64,000 bases of DNA, taken from positions 4,844,760 to 4,908,759 of the forward strand of contig OZ244053.1 of assembly GCA_965215235.1 (NCBI GenBank). Reading direction: 5' to 3'. Under the pieces are notes generated by a model, which did no database searches, had not been told where the DNA came from, and saw only the letters and a list, made by a program, of their open reading frames with translations. Below are positions 9,701 to 17,053 of the stretch, in pieces (the stretch's first letter is position 1; each line of letters begins with the position of its first letter). Position numbers and translations under genes: made by a program. Origin of the DNA: Terriglobia bacterium. GTDB lineage: Bacteria > Acidobacteriota > Terriglobia > Versatilivoradales > Versatilivoraceae.

Positions 9701-10492
9701 ATTCATCAACAGGAACACCGCCGCCATCGCGGCGAATACGAGGAGCGCTGTTCGGGACGCCGTCCCCAGGCCTGCGGCGACGCCGGCGGCCAGGCCCAGC
9801 CAGCCGAGCGCGCGCGGCCCGCCGTTGGTCAGAAATGCCGCGGCCAGCCCCGCCGTCATGCAGGCGGCCACACCGGCACTGTTGGGGTCGTCGAATGCGC
9901 CGGTCAGGCGGAACGGAATTCTGTAAGGCGCCAGGATGCCCAGATCGCGCAGAATCGGCGAAGCGAGAATGACGGCGCAGCTCATGGTCAGAACGACAAG
10001 CACGCCCTGCAACAACCGGTCGGCCCCGACTCGTTCCAGCACCGCGCGGCCACCCATCGCGGCGGCCACGAGCACGCCGAAACAGAGGACCGAATACTTC
10101 ACGCTCTCGGCCGTGCCCGGTTGCCAGTCCGCCTCGTCCATCACGGCGGCGCCGACCATCAGATAGGACGCCACTGCTGCGAACAGCAACACGCCGGGCG
10201 TTCCACCGAGTCTTCTCCAGATGGGGGTGAGTGAACCGGATGTGCTCGAGGCGGACAGGCAACGGATTCCGATCAGGACGAACAGGATGCCGCAGCAGGC
10301 CATGACCGCCCGTGCGATAACGCCCACGACCTCCGGCATCCCCCAAAGGTGCAGATAACGCAAGCAGGCCAGGGCCATGACCGCCAATGTCCAGAACGCG
10401 ACTGCGATCAGCGCGGTCTGGAGCGGCTCGCTCCGGCGCAGGAACGACTCGATAGGCGAGCTTGACATGAACGGCAAGTGGAGTCTCCCCAT
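3782..10492 (-). CDS. Giant fusion protein: O-antigen ligase/polymerase-like (Wzy_C-type) membrane domain, interrupted by eight capped plant-type LRR modules, with a C-terminal GT4 glycosyltransferase domain (tandem unit c)
   Basis: Single open frame (track 3782..10621, 2279 aa). The likely start is ATG 10492 (MGRLHLPFMSSSPIES), 1 nt after the stop of the upstream GMC remnant. Wzy_C-like motifs are RLTGAFDDPNSAGVA, GTASRTALLVF, DRLRLWRLGFRKAMEAPVFGHGL and HNLYITLLGEAGIVPLLLF. LRR consensus is LxxLxLxxNrLTGxIPPELGxL. The GT4 domain starts at VAGDKLHVGFVLPSLNGGG (GTG 5059), with no stop before it. Confidence 0.8.
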   Translation of the reverse strand: MGRLHLPFMSSSPIESFLRRSEPLQTALIAVAFWTLAVMALACLRYLHLWGMPEVVGVIARAVMACCGILFVLIGIRCLSASSTSGSLTPIWRRLGGTPGVLLFAAVASYLMVGAAVMDEADWQPGTAESVKYSVLCFGVLVAAAMGGRAVLERVGADRLLQGVLVVLTMSCAVILASPILRDLGILAPYRIPFRLTGAFDDPNSAGVAACMTAGLAAAFLTNGGPRALGWLGLAAGVAAGLGTASRTALLVFAAMAAVFLLMNVRSKPKAIVLLAVTVTAGMAGLVGLTSSSVVLAEWRRLRTAEALGETPFYCPSPADSPGTDCAVLLAVRDFLAGDITLNWSRSVPVKWWEGVTVDGPQGRVTALRLRELGLNGRIPPELGRLDRLVLLDLARNRLTGRIPPELGNLASLRNLRLSFNALTGAIPPELGKLENLEELWLRNNRLGGPVPVGLGEIDLSLLRLSGNDFDSIPPQLSIVPNHDLTGRFCLPTPVSQAFFEDCTALLAAKDTLAGDARLNWSTDVPVGFWQGVTVSGVAERVTALDLSGKGLTGRIPPEVVGLEGLASLNLAGNRLTGPVPPELGQLPRLRTLWLRENRLTNPVPPALFQISENDLGHFVFCRPPPRFNRLNPPLYDDCALLLAAKDTLAGDAWLNWSTALSIGEWQGVTLGGPQGRVIALELPRTGLNGRVPAALGSLTSLQRLVLDGNRLTGPVPPELEKLTNLKVLGLAANALTGSIPLELAKLPSLENLRLSGNRLTGSMPPELRALVSDDAYCPAAPADSPGLRSDCALLLAARDFLAGDAWLNWSAHLPIESWQGITVDASSQRVTALELSRAGLNGHIPPELGRLRQLVTLDLVGNRLTGPVPPELEGLDNLSLLRLAGNDLDRPFPQRLYRIDSHDLDLDDMRLPRSLGNTEAAQTAARPTGGDGLDAVERLFCQPSTGIASELQADCALLLANREFLAGEAPLNWSEEIPIEFWQGVSVGGAPQRVTALELRRAGLNGRLFAELGELSGLVALDLSHNRLTGAIPPELEGLDNLSLLRLAGNDLDRPFPPALDEIVDHDLDTPVFCRPRKIDPGLLADCALLLGAKDALAGNAPLNWSRDVPLDDWLGVVVDRSRGRVKALELTQMGLHGNIPPELGQLDGLAALRLDRNRLAGAIPPELGNLLDLRMLALNGNLLTGTVPPELGKLSRLTVLWLHGNRLIGPAPSAVTALPGLAAFRLDDDEAADDPPAPDAGRRRVFDRNPLCRSLREALPRLHDDCVALLDARDVLTGDVELNWSDTVPIDYWRGVTLGYSAFDGEAADEPRVIALDLSHTGLNGRIPAALSALDGLAVLHLGDNRLTGAIPPELAALTGLRTLTLENNALTGEIPPELDALRALDSLRLGGNELTGGIPRELTTLTELRVLALENNALAGAMHPEFGNLSHLEELRLDNNRLGGGIPAELGRLLRLAVLRLSGNAFTSCVPASRLAATTRHDLVEAGLACEPPPWRKSGQFEVGARLMRMRDVLAGDAALNWSYARPVASWDGVAISRHGTLASLDLRDRNLTGHIPSELGELSHVEMVLLDGNRLTGAIPPELGNLAGLTMLSLGGNRLTGPIPREIADLANLRQLWLADNRLTGAVPLELAKIRELSLTLADNELDASCLPPELHGLRSHDSDDSLLCTFLTTDRLRLWRLGFRKAMEAPVFGHGLRALKYLEGSPISHSGLLQDPHNLYITLLGEAGIVPLLLFLSAILLLLRAQWGAPKSLARDATVAWVIIIALYSMTFSDLLSLEAFMFLAGLSVAMGAAHDSDRRRAKAQPVAGDKLHVGFVLPSLNGGGAGRSILRLAQSLIARGHRVDLVIPCFAGNYQAAIPRGLRLYRGRLPHTDRTFLREVQRSAGGGVEDANGMRVTALGVNPFTVAWIGLVLARKYPGIRVRRKRSLYASVHTLIRYIRKARPRILVSALPSADTAAVCAAQLSDRAVPTVVTVHNNVTAAYAPEWLAAARTLYPLADAVVAVSRGVAESVQRSLGLDAKRIHAIYNPIPADSIRRLAQEEVTHPWFADDEPPVVLSVGREAPQKDHPTLVEAFGLARRDVDARLVILGKLSPSYRATLLSLAWGHGVDEDIGFVDFDENPYRYMRRAGLLALSSRWEGLPTVILEALACGTPVVSTDAPYGPREILGQWGDLPPVGDAPALAQELVKTLRGEHPPEKALQARAADFSPEKAADAYVALFEKLVSERAP
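5475..9553 (-). repeat. Coding repeat array: eight modules. Each is a Cys + LLxxKDxLAGDxxLNWS..W.GVT cap, then 3-8 24-residue LRRs, then a Cys C-cap. The array is inserted in the Wzy_C periplasmic loop.
   Basis: Eight occurrences of the ..DC[AT]xLLxx[KR]DxLAGDxxLNWSxxxPxxxWxGV[TS]V..RVTAL.L cap were counted in the translated ORF. Modules 4 and 5 share LTGxxPPELEGLDNLSLLRLAGNDLDRPFP verbatim. Confidence 0.85.
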
Positions 10493-10493
10493 G

Positions 10494-11060
10494 TCACGGC
10501 GACCTGGTCGGGATCGAAGGGCTCTCCTGGATGTCGTCGGTGGAGAGGTCCTCCTCTCGACGCCGGAGCCGATGCCGTCGTCGGTCCGCCGCGCCGCGGC
10601 CGGCCGCCCCCTCCGCCGCATCCTGGATCACGAACTCCGCCCCCTTCTCGGCGATCATCACCGTCGGGGCGTTCGTGTTGCCTGAGGTGATCCGCGGCAT
10701 TACCGAGGCGTCGATGACCCGCAGGCCGGCGACACCGTGCACGGCGAGTCGGTCGTCGACAACGGCGAGGGGATCGTGCCCCATCCTGCACGTGCCGACG
10801 GGGTGGAAGATCGTCGTGCCGAGGTCCCGCGCCGCGTGGGCCAGCGCGTCGTCGCCCTCGACGCCGGGACCGGCTTCCACTCCTGCGACTCGAAGCGGGC
10901 CAGGGCCCTCGCGGCCATGATGCGCCGGGTGAAGCGCAGGCCGGCCACCGCCACCCGGAGATCCGCTTCGGTGGACAGTACAGTATAGTTGAAGGTGATG
11001 GCCGGCGCCCGCAGGGGTCGGCGTCCTTTATCCGCACGTGTCCGCGGCTGGTCGGCTGTT
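10494..11060 (-). pseudogene. GMC-family (choline dehydrogenase-like) oxidoreductase, C-terminal remnant; 5'-truncated by IS debris and internally frameshifted
   Basis: The pieces ..SRGHVRIKDADP / APAITFNYTVLSTEADLRVAVAGLRFTRRIMAARALARFESQE / VEAGPGVEGDDALAHAARDLGTTIFHPVGTCRMGHDPLAVVDDRLAVHGVAGLRVIDASVMPRITSGNTNAPTVMIAEKGAEFV lie in three frames. These are classic GMC C-terminal motifs. The N-terminal FAD domain is absent. Confidence 0.7.
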
Positions 11061-11077
11061 TGCCCATGCGTCTGACC

Positions 11078-11310
11078 ATGGTACTACACCGGCTGCTGGG
11101 TGTCACGCAGATGCACGTCCGGGATGCGTATATCGGGAAGTCGGGGCTGTTGGCGGTGGGGGTGCGGCCGTCGTGGCTCCGGTCGCGTTGCGGGGCGTGC
11201 GGGGAGCGCGCGCCGCGGTATGACCGCCAGCCGTTGCGGCGGTGGCGCCACGTGCCGTGGGGCCGGACGCCGGTGGAGGTGGAGTACGCGCCGTGGCGGG
11301 TGTCGTGCAG
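11078..11310 (+). mobile_element. ISL3-family transposase, N-terminal zinc-finger fragment only
   Basis: MVLHRLLGVTQMHVRDAYIGKSGLLAVGVRPSWLRSRCGACGERAPRYDRQPLRRWRHVPWGRTPVEVEYAPWRVSC matches the ISL3 N-terminal pattern (LLGL..V..V.., CxxCG, RRWRHL.., RVxC). The reading frame degenerates after about 11310. Confidence 0.6.
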
Positions 11311-11544
11311 ATGGTGGCGGACTGGCCGCGCCGCTACCGCCTCGAGCCGTGGCTGGTGGAGACGCTGGTGGACCCGCGCCGCCACCACGGCGGTTGTTAT
11401 CGTGCCGCCAACTGGGTCGCATTGGGCGCGACCACCGGTCGCGGGCGCATGGACCGGCTCTGCCGCCGTGTCGGTGAAGCGCCCAAGACGGTTCTCGTTT
11501 ATCCTGTGGTCCGGGATGCGAGGCGGCGGCTGCGGGAGAGTTGA
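11300..11544 (+). pseudogene. DUF4338-like protein, C-terminal fragment (accessory gene usually found upstream of ISKra4-type transposases)
   Basis: Track ORF 11242..11544 reads ..ADWPRRYRLEPWLVETLVDPRRHHGGCYRAANWVALGATTGRGRMDR...PKTVLVYPVVRDARRRL. This matches the ETFVD..GTCYRAANW..G.T.GRGR pattern recalled for DUF4338. The N-terminal part is missing. Confidence 0.5.
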
Positions 11545-11547
11545 GCC

Positions 11548-13157
11548 ATGCAAGTCGCCACCTGCGCCGCTGCACCCACCCCGGTGTATGGGGAGGCGAA
11601 GACCACCTTCGCACAGACCATAGCCTACCTCTCGTCGCGCGAGGCCCTGCAGATGAGTGAAAGCGACCTGGAGCGGGAGCTGCACCGGCGTGGTCAGGAG
11701 CTGATACGCAAGCTCCTGCAAGGGCACCTCGACCAACGCGGCCCGGGAGAGGCGGCCGGCCCGGTCGCGGGGGCCGACGGTGTCGAGTGCCCGGAGCGGC
11801 GCGTGCACGACCGGCGCCTGGAAACGACCTTCGGCACGGTGGACGTCGAGCGGGTGGGCTACGGGCGCGCGGGTCACGAGAGTCTCCATCCGCTGGATGC
11901 GTCACTGAATCTGCCGCCGGAGCGTTACTCGCTCGAGGTGCGCCGTCGGGTGGCCGAAGCGGCCGCGTCGCGGTCCTTCGACGAAGCGCTGTTCGACCTG
12001 TCGCGCCATACCGGGGCGCAGGTTCCCAAGCGGCAGGCGGAACAGTTGGCGGCTCGCGCGGCCGAGGACTTCGACGCCTTCTACGAGGCGCGGCGTGCGG
12101 CGGCGGGCGAGCCGGCTTCTGAAGAGTCGGTGGTCGTGCTCACCTTCGACGGCAAGGGCGTGGTGCTGCACCGTGACGACCTGCGCGAGGCGACGCGGCG
12201 GGCGGCTGAGCGGCGGCGGCAGCAACGCGAGCAGCTCTCCCCGTTCCAGCGCCTGCAGCCGGGCGAGAAAATGCACGCGAAGCGCATGGCGACGGTGGCC
12301 GCCGTCTACGCGGTCGCGCCGTTCGTGCGCAGCGTGGAGGAATTCCTGCAAGGCTTGATGCCCCGACAGCCGGGGGACAATACCAAGAAGACCAGGAAGG
12401 CCAAGACCCCGGCGGTGCGGCCCCGCCCGGTGGCCAAACGGGTCTGGGCGAGCCTCGAACACGAGCCGGCGGAGGTGATCGCCGAGGCGTGCTGGAAGCC
12501 GAGCGCCACGACCCCGAGCGCGTCAAGCGCTGGGTGGTGCTCGTCGACGGGGCCGAGACGCAGCTCGACCTCGTCGAGGCGGGCGCCGCCGCCTACGGCG
12601 TCGACGTCACCGTGATCCTCGACATCATCCACGTGGTCGAGTACGTCTGGAAGGCGGCGCACGTGTTCCATCGCGAGGGGAGCCCCGACGCCGCGCATTG
12701 GGCCTGGACGCGCGTGCAGAGCATTCTCGAGGGCAAGGCCCGCCGGGTGGCGGCGTCGATGCGGCGCGCGGCGACCGTCGCCGGCCTCTCACGCGACACC
12801 CGCAAGCCGGTCGATAGGTGCGCGGACTACCTGCTGAAGTACGCGCCGTATCTGCACTACGACCGCTACCTCGCGGCGGGCTATCCCATCGCCACCGGCG
12901 TGATCGAAGGAGCGTGCCGGCATCTGGTCCGCGACCGGATGGACCTGACGGGCGCCCGCTGGCGCCTGGTCGGCGCCGAGGCGGTGTTGAAGCTGAGGGC
13001 GTTGCGCGCCAGCGGCGACTTCGATGCGTATTGGGACTTCCACGAAGCCCGCGAGTACGAGCGGAACCACGCCCAGCACTACGCTGACGGGATAGCGCCG
13101 CCAGTCACCGAACCGCCCCCATCACCCTCTTCGCCCCGCCTCCGACGGGTCAAGTAG
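11548..13157 (+). mobile_element. ISKra4-like family transposase; apparent 1-nt frameshift near 12480-12490
   Basis: Track ORFs 11548..12615 and 12489..13157 join as ..EPAEVIAEA|VLEAERHDPERVKRWVVLVDGAETQL..ILDIIHVVEYVWKAAH..IATGVIEGACRHLVRDRMDLTGARWRLVGAEAVLKLRALRASGDFDAYWDFH. These are DDE-type ISKra4 signatures. Total length is 3n+2. Confidence 0.7.
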
Positions 13158-13794
13158 CTCTTGCCATGCTGGTCGCAGAAGCCCCCATGGACCTCTCTGG
13201 CCCCCGACGAAAAAGAGCCGCACCCCTCGCCTCGTCCTTGGTCTACAGCAACGTGGCGAGCAGGCCCTGACGAGCCTGACGAGGGCGCGATTGTGGGCCT
13301 GTGCTCCCGCGGATTCGCAACAGGATCCCGATTATTTGGCGGTCCTGGTGCGACAACTCGCGCGGTATTGCGAGTCCGAAGCAAAGCGTCGCGCGAATGT
13401 CCAGGGGGCGCCGGCGGGAACCGACCGAGGCGTCCAGGCGTCCGGATCAGGACGGCCGGCTGCTCTGGCTGCCCGGAATCAGACGGGGGGCGAATGCTGT
13501 CCCCCCGCACGGCACACCCAAGAGGGAGCGCCCGCGAGCGCAAACGCCCATGAACAGGGAGGGAAATGCTCTACGAAGAAGAGCCGCACCCAATGAAGAC
13601 CCTTGTCCTACACCCCAGAATGAATCCCCTCACTTTCCTGACGTGCACCCCTGGCTCCACCCCTACTCGACATCTTCCTGTTACTAGAGTATCCTGACAT
13701 GGATGGGGGGGCAATCCGACGGTGATTCGATGCCAGGCGGGAGCGCCGGCGGAAATGGAGAACGGGTAGTATCGTTGACGTACGGGCGAATTCG

Positions 13795-15421
13795 TTGAGC
13801 ACGTACTGCGCCACCGCAACGAGCGAGTCGGCTGCTGGCCGCGACGAGCACGGCGGCAGGGCACGCGAGATTACGCGAGATGGGGGATCGAAGGCGCTTG
13901 CTGACAATGGGCATGGAACGATTCCTGGAATCGCCCATCATCGGGAATGGCAGTGGCCAGTTGCGTCATATGGCCGGGACATCGTCGGTTGCGCCTGGTG
14001 CGGAGGACGCCGGGTGAGCCCCAAGCCGACATCAGTCCGATACAACGACTGGCGGCAGGTGGCAGTAGAGCCGCTGGAGACGTTCACGCCTGTCATGCCG
14101 GTCAGCGTCATCATCCCCTGCTATCAGACGCCCGCCGAGACGCTGGCGAGGACGCTGGCGGCGCTGGAAGGCCAGACCTACCCGAGCGGCCTCTTCGAGG
14201 TGGTCCTTGCCGACGACGGGTCGCAGCCGCCGCTGTCTCGGCCCCGTTCAACACCATTGGACGTCAAGGTCGTGCGCCAGGAGCGCCTCGGGTTCGGGGC
14301 AGCCAGGGCGCGCAACACCGGCGCCCGGGCGGCCGCCGGCGACATCCTGCTCTTCCTCGACAGCGACATGCTCGCCGAGGCTGGCTGGCTGGCGGCGCAC
14401 GCCCGCTGGCACCACGCCGTCTCCGACGCCCTGACCATCGGGTCCTACGCCCATGTGGCGGTTGACGACGTCGACGCCGAGACGATCCGGAACCGGCCGG
14501 GGACGCTGAAGGAGCTGTTCGAGGGGCGGAAGGTGAATCCGTCGTGGGTCGAACCTTACTTGATCCGCACGAAGGATTTAACGTCGAAGGCGGACGATTT
14601 GTTTCGGGTGGTGGTGGGTGGGAACCTTGGGGTCCGCCGCGAGTTCTACGAGCTGGTGGGGGGGGGCGACGAGTCGTTCACGCAGTGGGGCATGGAGGAC
14701 ACCGAGTTCGGCTGGCGGGCCTATACGCGGGGCGGATTGCTGGTGCCGGCGCGGGACGCGTTCGCCTGGCATCAGGGTCCCTGGGAGGAGGGCCGGGCGG
14801 AAAAGCGTCAGAGCCTGAAGTTGCAGCGGGCGAAGTGCGCCCACCTGATTGCGCACCCCGGGTTCCGCACCGGTCTGAGGGGCCGGACCTTCACGGTGCC
14901 CCAGTATGTGGTGACACTTCAGGGAGACGGCGGGACGTCTGCGGGACGTCGTCGAGCATGTGCTGGCCGGCCCGATGCACGATCTGGTGGTGCGGGTCGA
15001 GCTGGGCGTGGACCACGCAGGGCGGGAGTGGCTGGAGCGCCAGTTGGGTCCGGACCCGCGGGTGCGGGTGGCGCCGGCGCGCTCCTCGCTGGACGAGTTC
15101 CCCACGTCCTCGTTCCACGTCACGCTGCCGGCCGGGAGGCGGCTGCATGGGGACGTGGTGCGCAGGCTGCGGGCCGAACTGGGAACTGCGGTGATCGGCA
15201 GGTCGGTGTTTCCCGACGGATCCTGCGCGTCGATCACGCGGGCGTGGGCCCTGCATCGGGCGCTGCGCACGCCGTGGGAGGCCTCCGACTTCGGCGCGGT
15301 GGTGACGATCCCGCCCCGGAAGCTGCAGCCGGGAGCCCTCGGCGCCTTGCGGGCCATCGGACGCGCACCGGTCCGGGCGTGGCGGGCGCAGTGGGAGCGT
15401 CTGCGGGCCGAGTGGGAGTAG
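13795..15421 (+). CDS. GT2-family glycosyltransferase with a ~165-aa C-terminal extension. It has an apparent frameshift at approx 14915-14960, and the start is uncertain.
   Basis: VSVIIPCYQTPAETLARTLAALEGQTYP..EVVLADDGS..ARNTGARAAAGDILLFLDSDML..GMEDTEFGWR are GT-A motifs (DxD, ED). ATG 14095 gives the canonical N-terminus, while the maximal ORF starts at 13795. After ..VPQYVVTLQGD the plausible sequence continues in the frame of track ORF 14960..15421 (..RLRDVVEHVLAGPMHDLVVRVELG...). The original frame becomes low-complexity Gly/Ala/Arg. Confidence 0.65.
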
Positions 15422-15841
15422 GGCGCCGGTGCGGCGGCCTGGCGGTTCGCCCTGTGGTTCGGGAGCGCGGTTCTGCGGCGCGTGTCCAGACGTCTCCGCG
15501 CCGCCCCGGCACCGCCGACACCCGCGATTCCTGCCAGGGCGAGGATGACCTGTGCTGCGATTCTCGGCGCGGCCTCCCCGTCTGGGACCGAGTATCCGCT
15601 GGGTGTAGAGATCATGCAAACCGGCTCCGAGACTTACCGAACGGTGGCGGCCCCTTGGTCTCGGAGGCGCAGTTGGCGAGCGACCGATGGCGTTGCGACT
15701 GGGGGTGGCCAGGCGGCTTCGGTCTGTGAATGCGGTCCGGAGGGTGTGCCGAGAGCCCTCTTGAGCAGTCGGAGACGGAAGGCGACCGTCCCGGGTGGCC
15801 CGGGAGTCGCGAGAAGCGCCTGGTGGTCATGAGAGCGCACA

Positions 15842-17044
15842 TCATGACGAATCCAGGATGTCTGGACACGGGCAGGCGTTGAGGCGGTCGACGGTGTGCA
15901 TGGTCCCGCCGTCACAGCGGGGACACCGGCGCAGGGAGCGGCCAGTCAACAGCTCGTAGTGGTCTCGATAATCGGTCGTCGCGGGCTCGGTGTCGGCCGG
16001 TGGTGGTGGCACGTGCAATAGGCGGCGGCACTCGGTCAGCTTCGCTTGTCGGTTCCGGTTGGCGAGGAAGCCGTAGTACCGAATCCGGTGGAAGCCGGGC
16101 GGCAGTACATGGAGGAGCATGCGCCGGATGAACTCGGTCGCCGGCAAGGTCATGACCTTCTGGCGGGACGCGCCGGTGCGCCGGTAGTCGGTGTAGCGAA
16201 AGCGCACGGAGCCGTCGCGGAGGCTGCACAGGCGCTGGTCGCCGATGGCGATTCGATGGGTGTAGCGGCCGAGGTAGTCGAGGACCTGTTCGGGGCCGGC
16301 GAAGGGGGCCTTGGCGTAGACCACCCACTCGGTCTCGCGGGCGGGTCGGAGATGCTCGGCGAAGCGCCGGGGGTCGGTGAGGACCTGCCGCCGGCCGGCG
16401 AAGCGCAGGCGGCCGGCGTCGAAGGCGTCCTGCAGCGCCGCGAGGAGGACGCGGCGGAAGTAGCGGGACAGGACCCGGACGGGCAAGAAGAACCCGGGGC
16501 GGCAGGCGACCCAGCGGGTGCCGTCGCGGGCGAGCCCGCCGCCGGGGATGACGCAGTGTACGTGCGGATGGTGGACGAGCGTCTGGCCCCAGGTGTGGAG
16601 GACGGCGAAGAAGCCGATCTCGGCGCCGAGGTGGCGGGGGTCGGCGGCGATGGTGCGGAGCGTCTCGGCGACGGCGCGGAACAGGAGGCCGTAGACGACG
16701 GCCTTGTTCTGGGCGGCGATCTCGGCGACCGCCGAGGGCACGGTGAAGACGACGTGGAAGTACTCGGTGGGCAGCAGGTCCGCGCGCCGCTGTTCGAGCC
16801 ACGCGGCGCGGGCCAGGGACTGGCAGGTCGGACAGTGGCGGTTGCGGCAGGAGTTGTACCAGACGCGGCGATGGCCGCAGTGGTCGCACTGCTCGACGTG
16901 GCCGCCGAGGGCGGCGGTTCGGCACTGCTCGATGGCCATCATCACGCGGCGCTGCGCCGTCGAGAGGGCAGCCCCGACCTGGGACCGGAACGTGTCGCCG
17001 TAGCGGCGGAAGACCTCCGCCACGGTGAGCGGAACGCGCGGCAC
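15842..17044 (-). mobile_element. IS91-family (Y2, rolling-circle) transposase
   Basis: The 400-aa ORF has the N-terminal zinc-binding CDHCGH...CRNRHCPTC motif, HTWGQTLVHHPHVHCVIPGGG, and YLGRYTHRIAIGDQRL (catalytic Tyr region). These are typical IS91/IS801 signatures. Confidence 0.85.
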
Positions 17045-17053
17045 GGCCGTCGC

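Noticed and set aside
10493-10621. Upstream start (10621) of the giant LRR/Wzy ORF
   Set aside because: The extra 43 codons are Arg/Pro/Gly-rich and overlap the 3' end of the GMC remnant. ATG 10492 directly precedes the first hydrophobic region. I kept it only as an alternative.
10408-11905. ORFs 10408..11889 (-, 493 aa) and 11084..11905 (-, 273 aa) covering the IS debris
   Set aside because: Their composition is Arg/Pro/Gly-rich and low complexity, with no motifs. They lie antisense or out of frame to recognisable GMC, ISL3, DUF4338 and ISKra4 sequences. This is typical of spurious high-GC ORFs.
13158-13794. Several 100-150-aa ORFs on both strands between the ISKra4 transposase and the GT2 gene
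   Set aside because: They carry no motifs and overlap one another in different frames. The region probably contains the IS right end and the promoter. No call was made.
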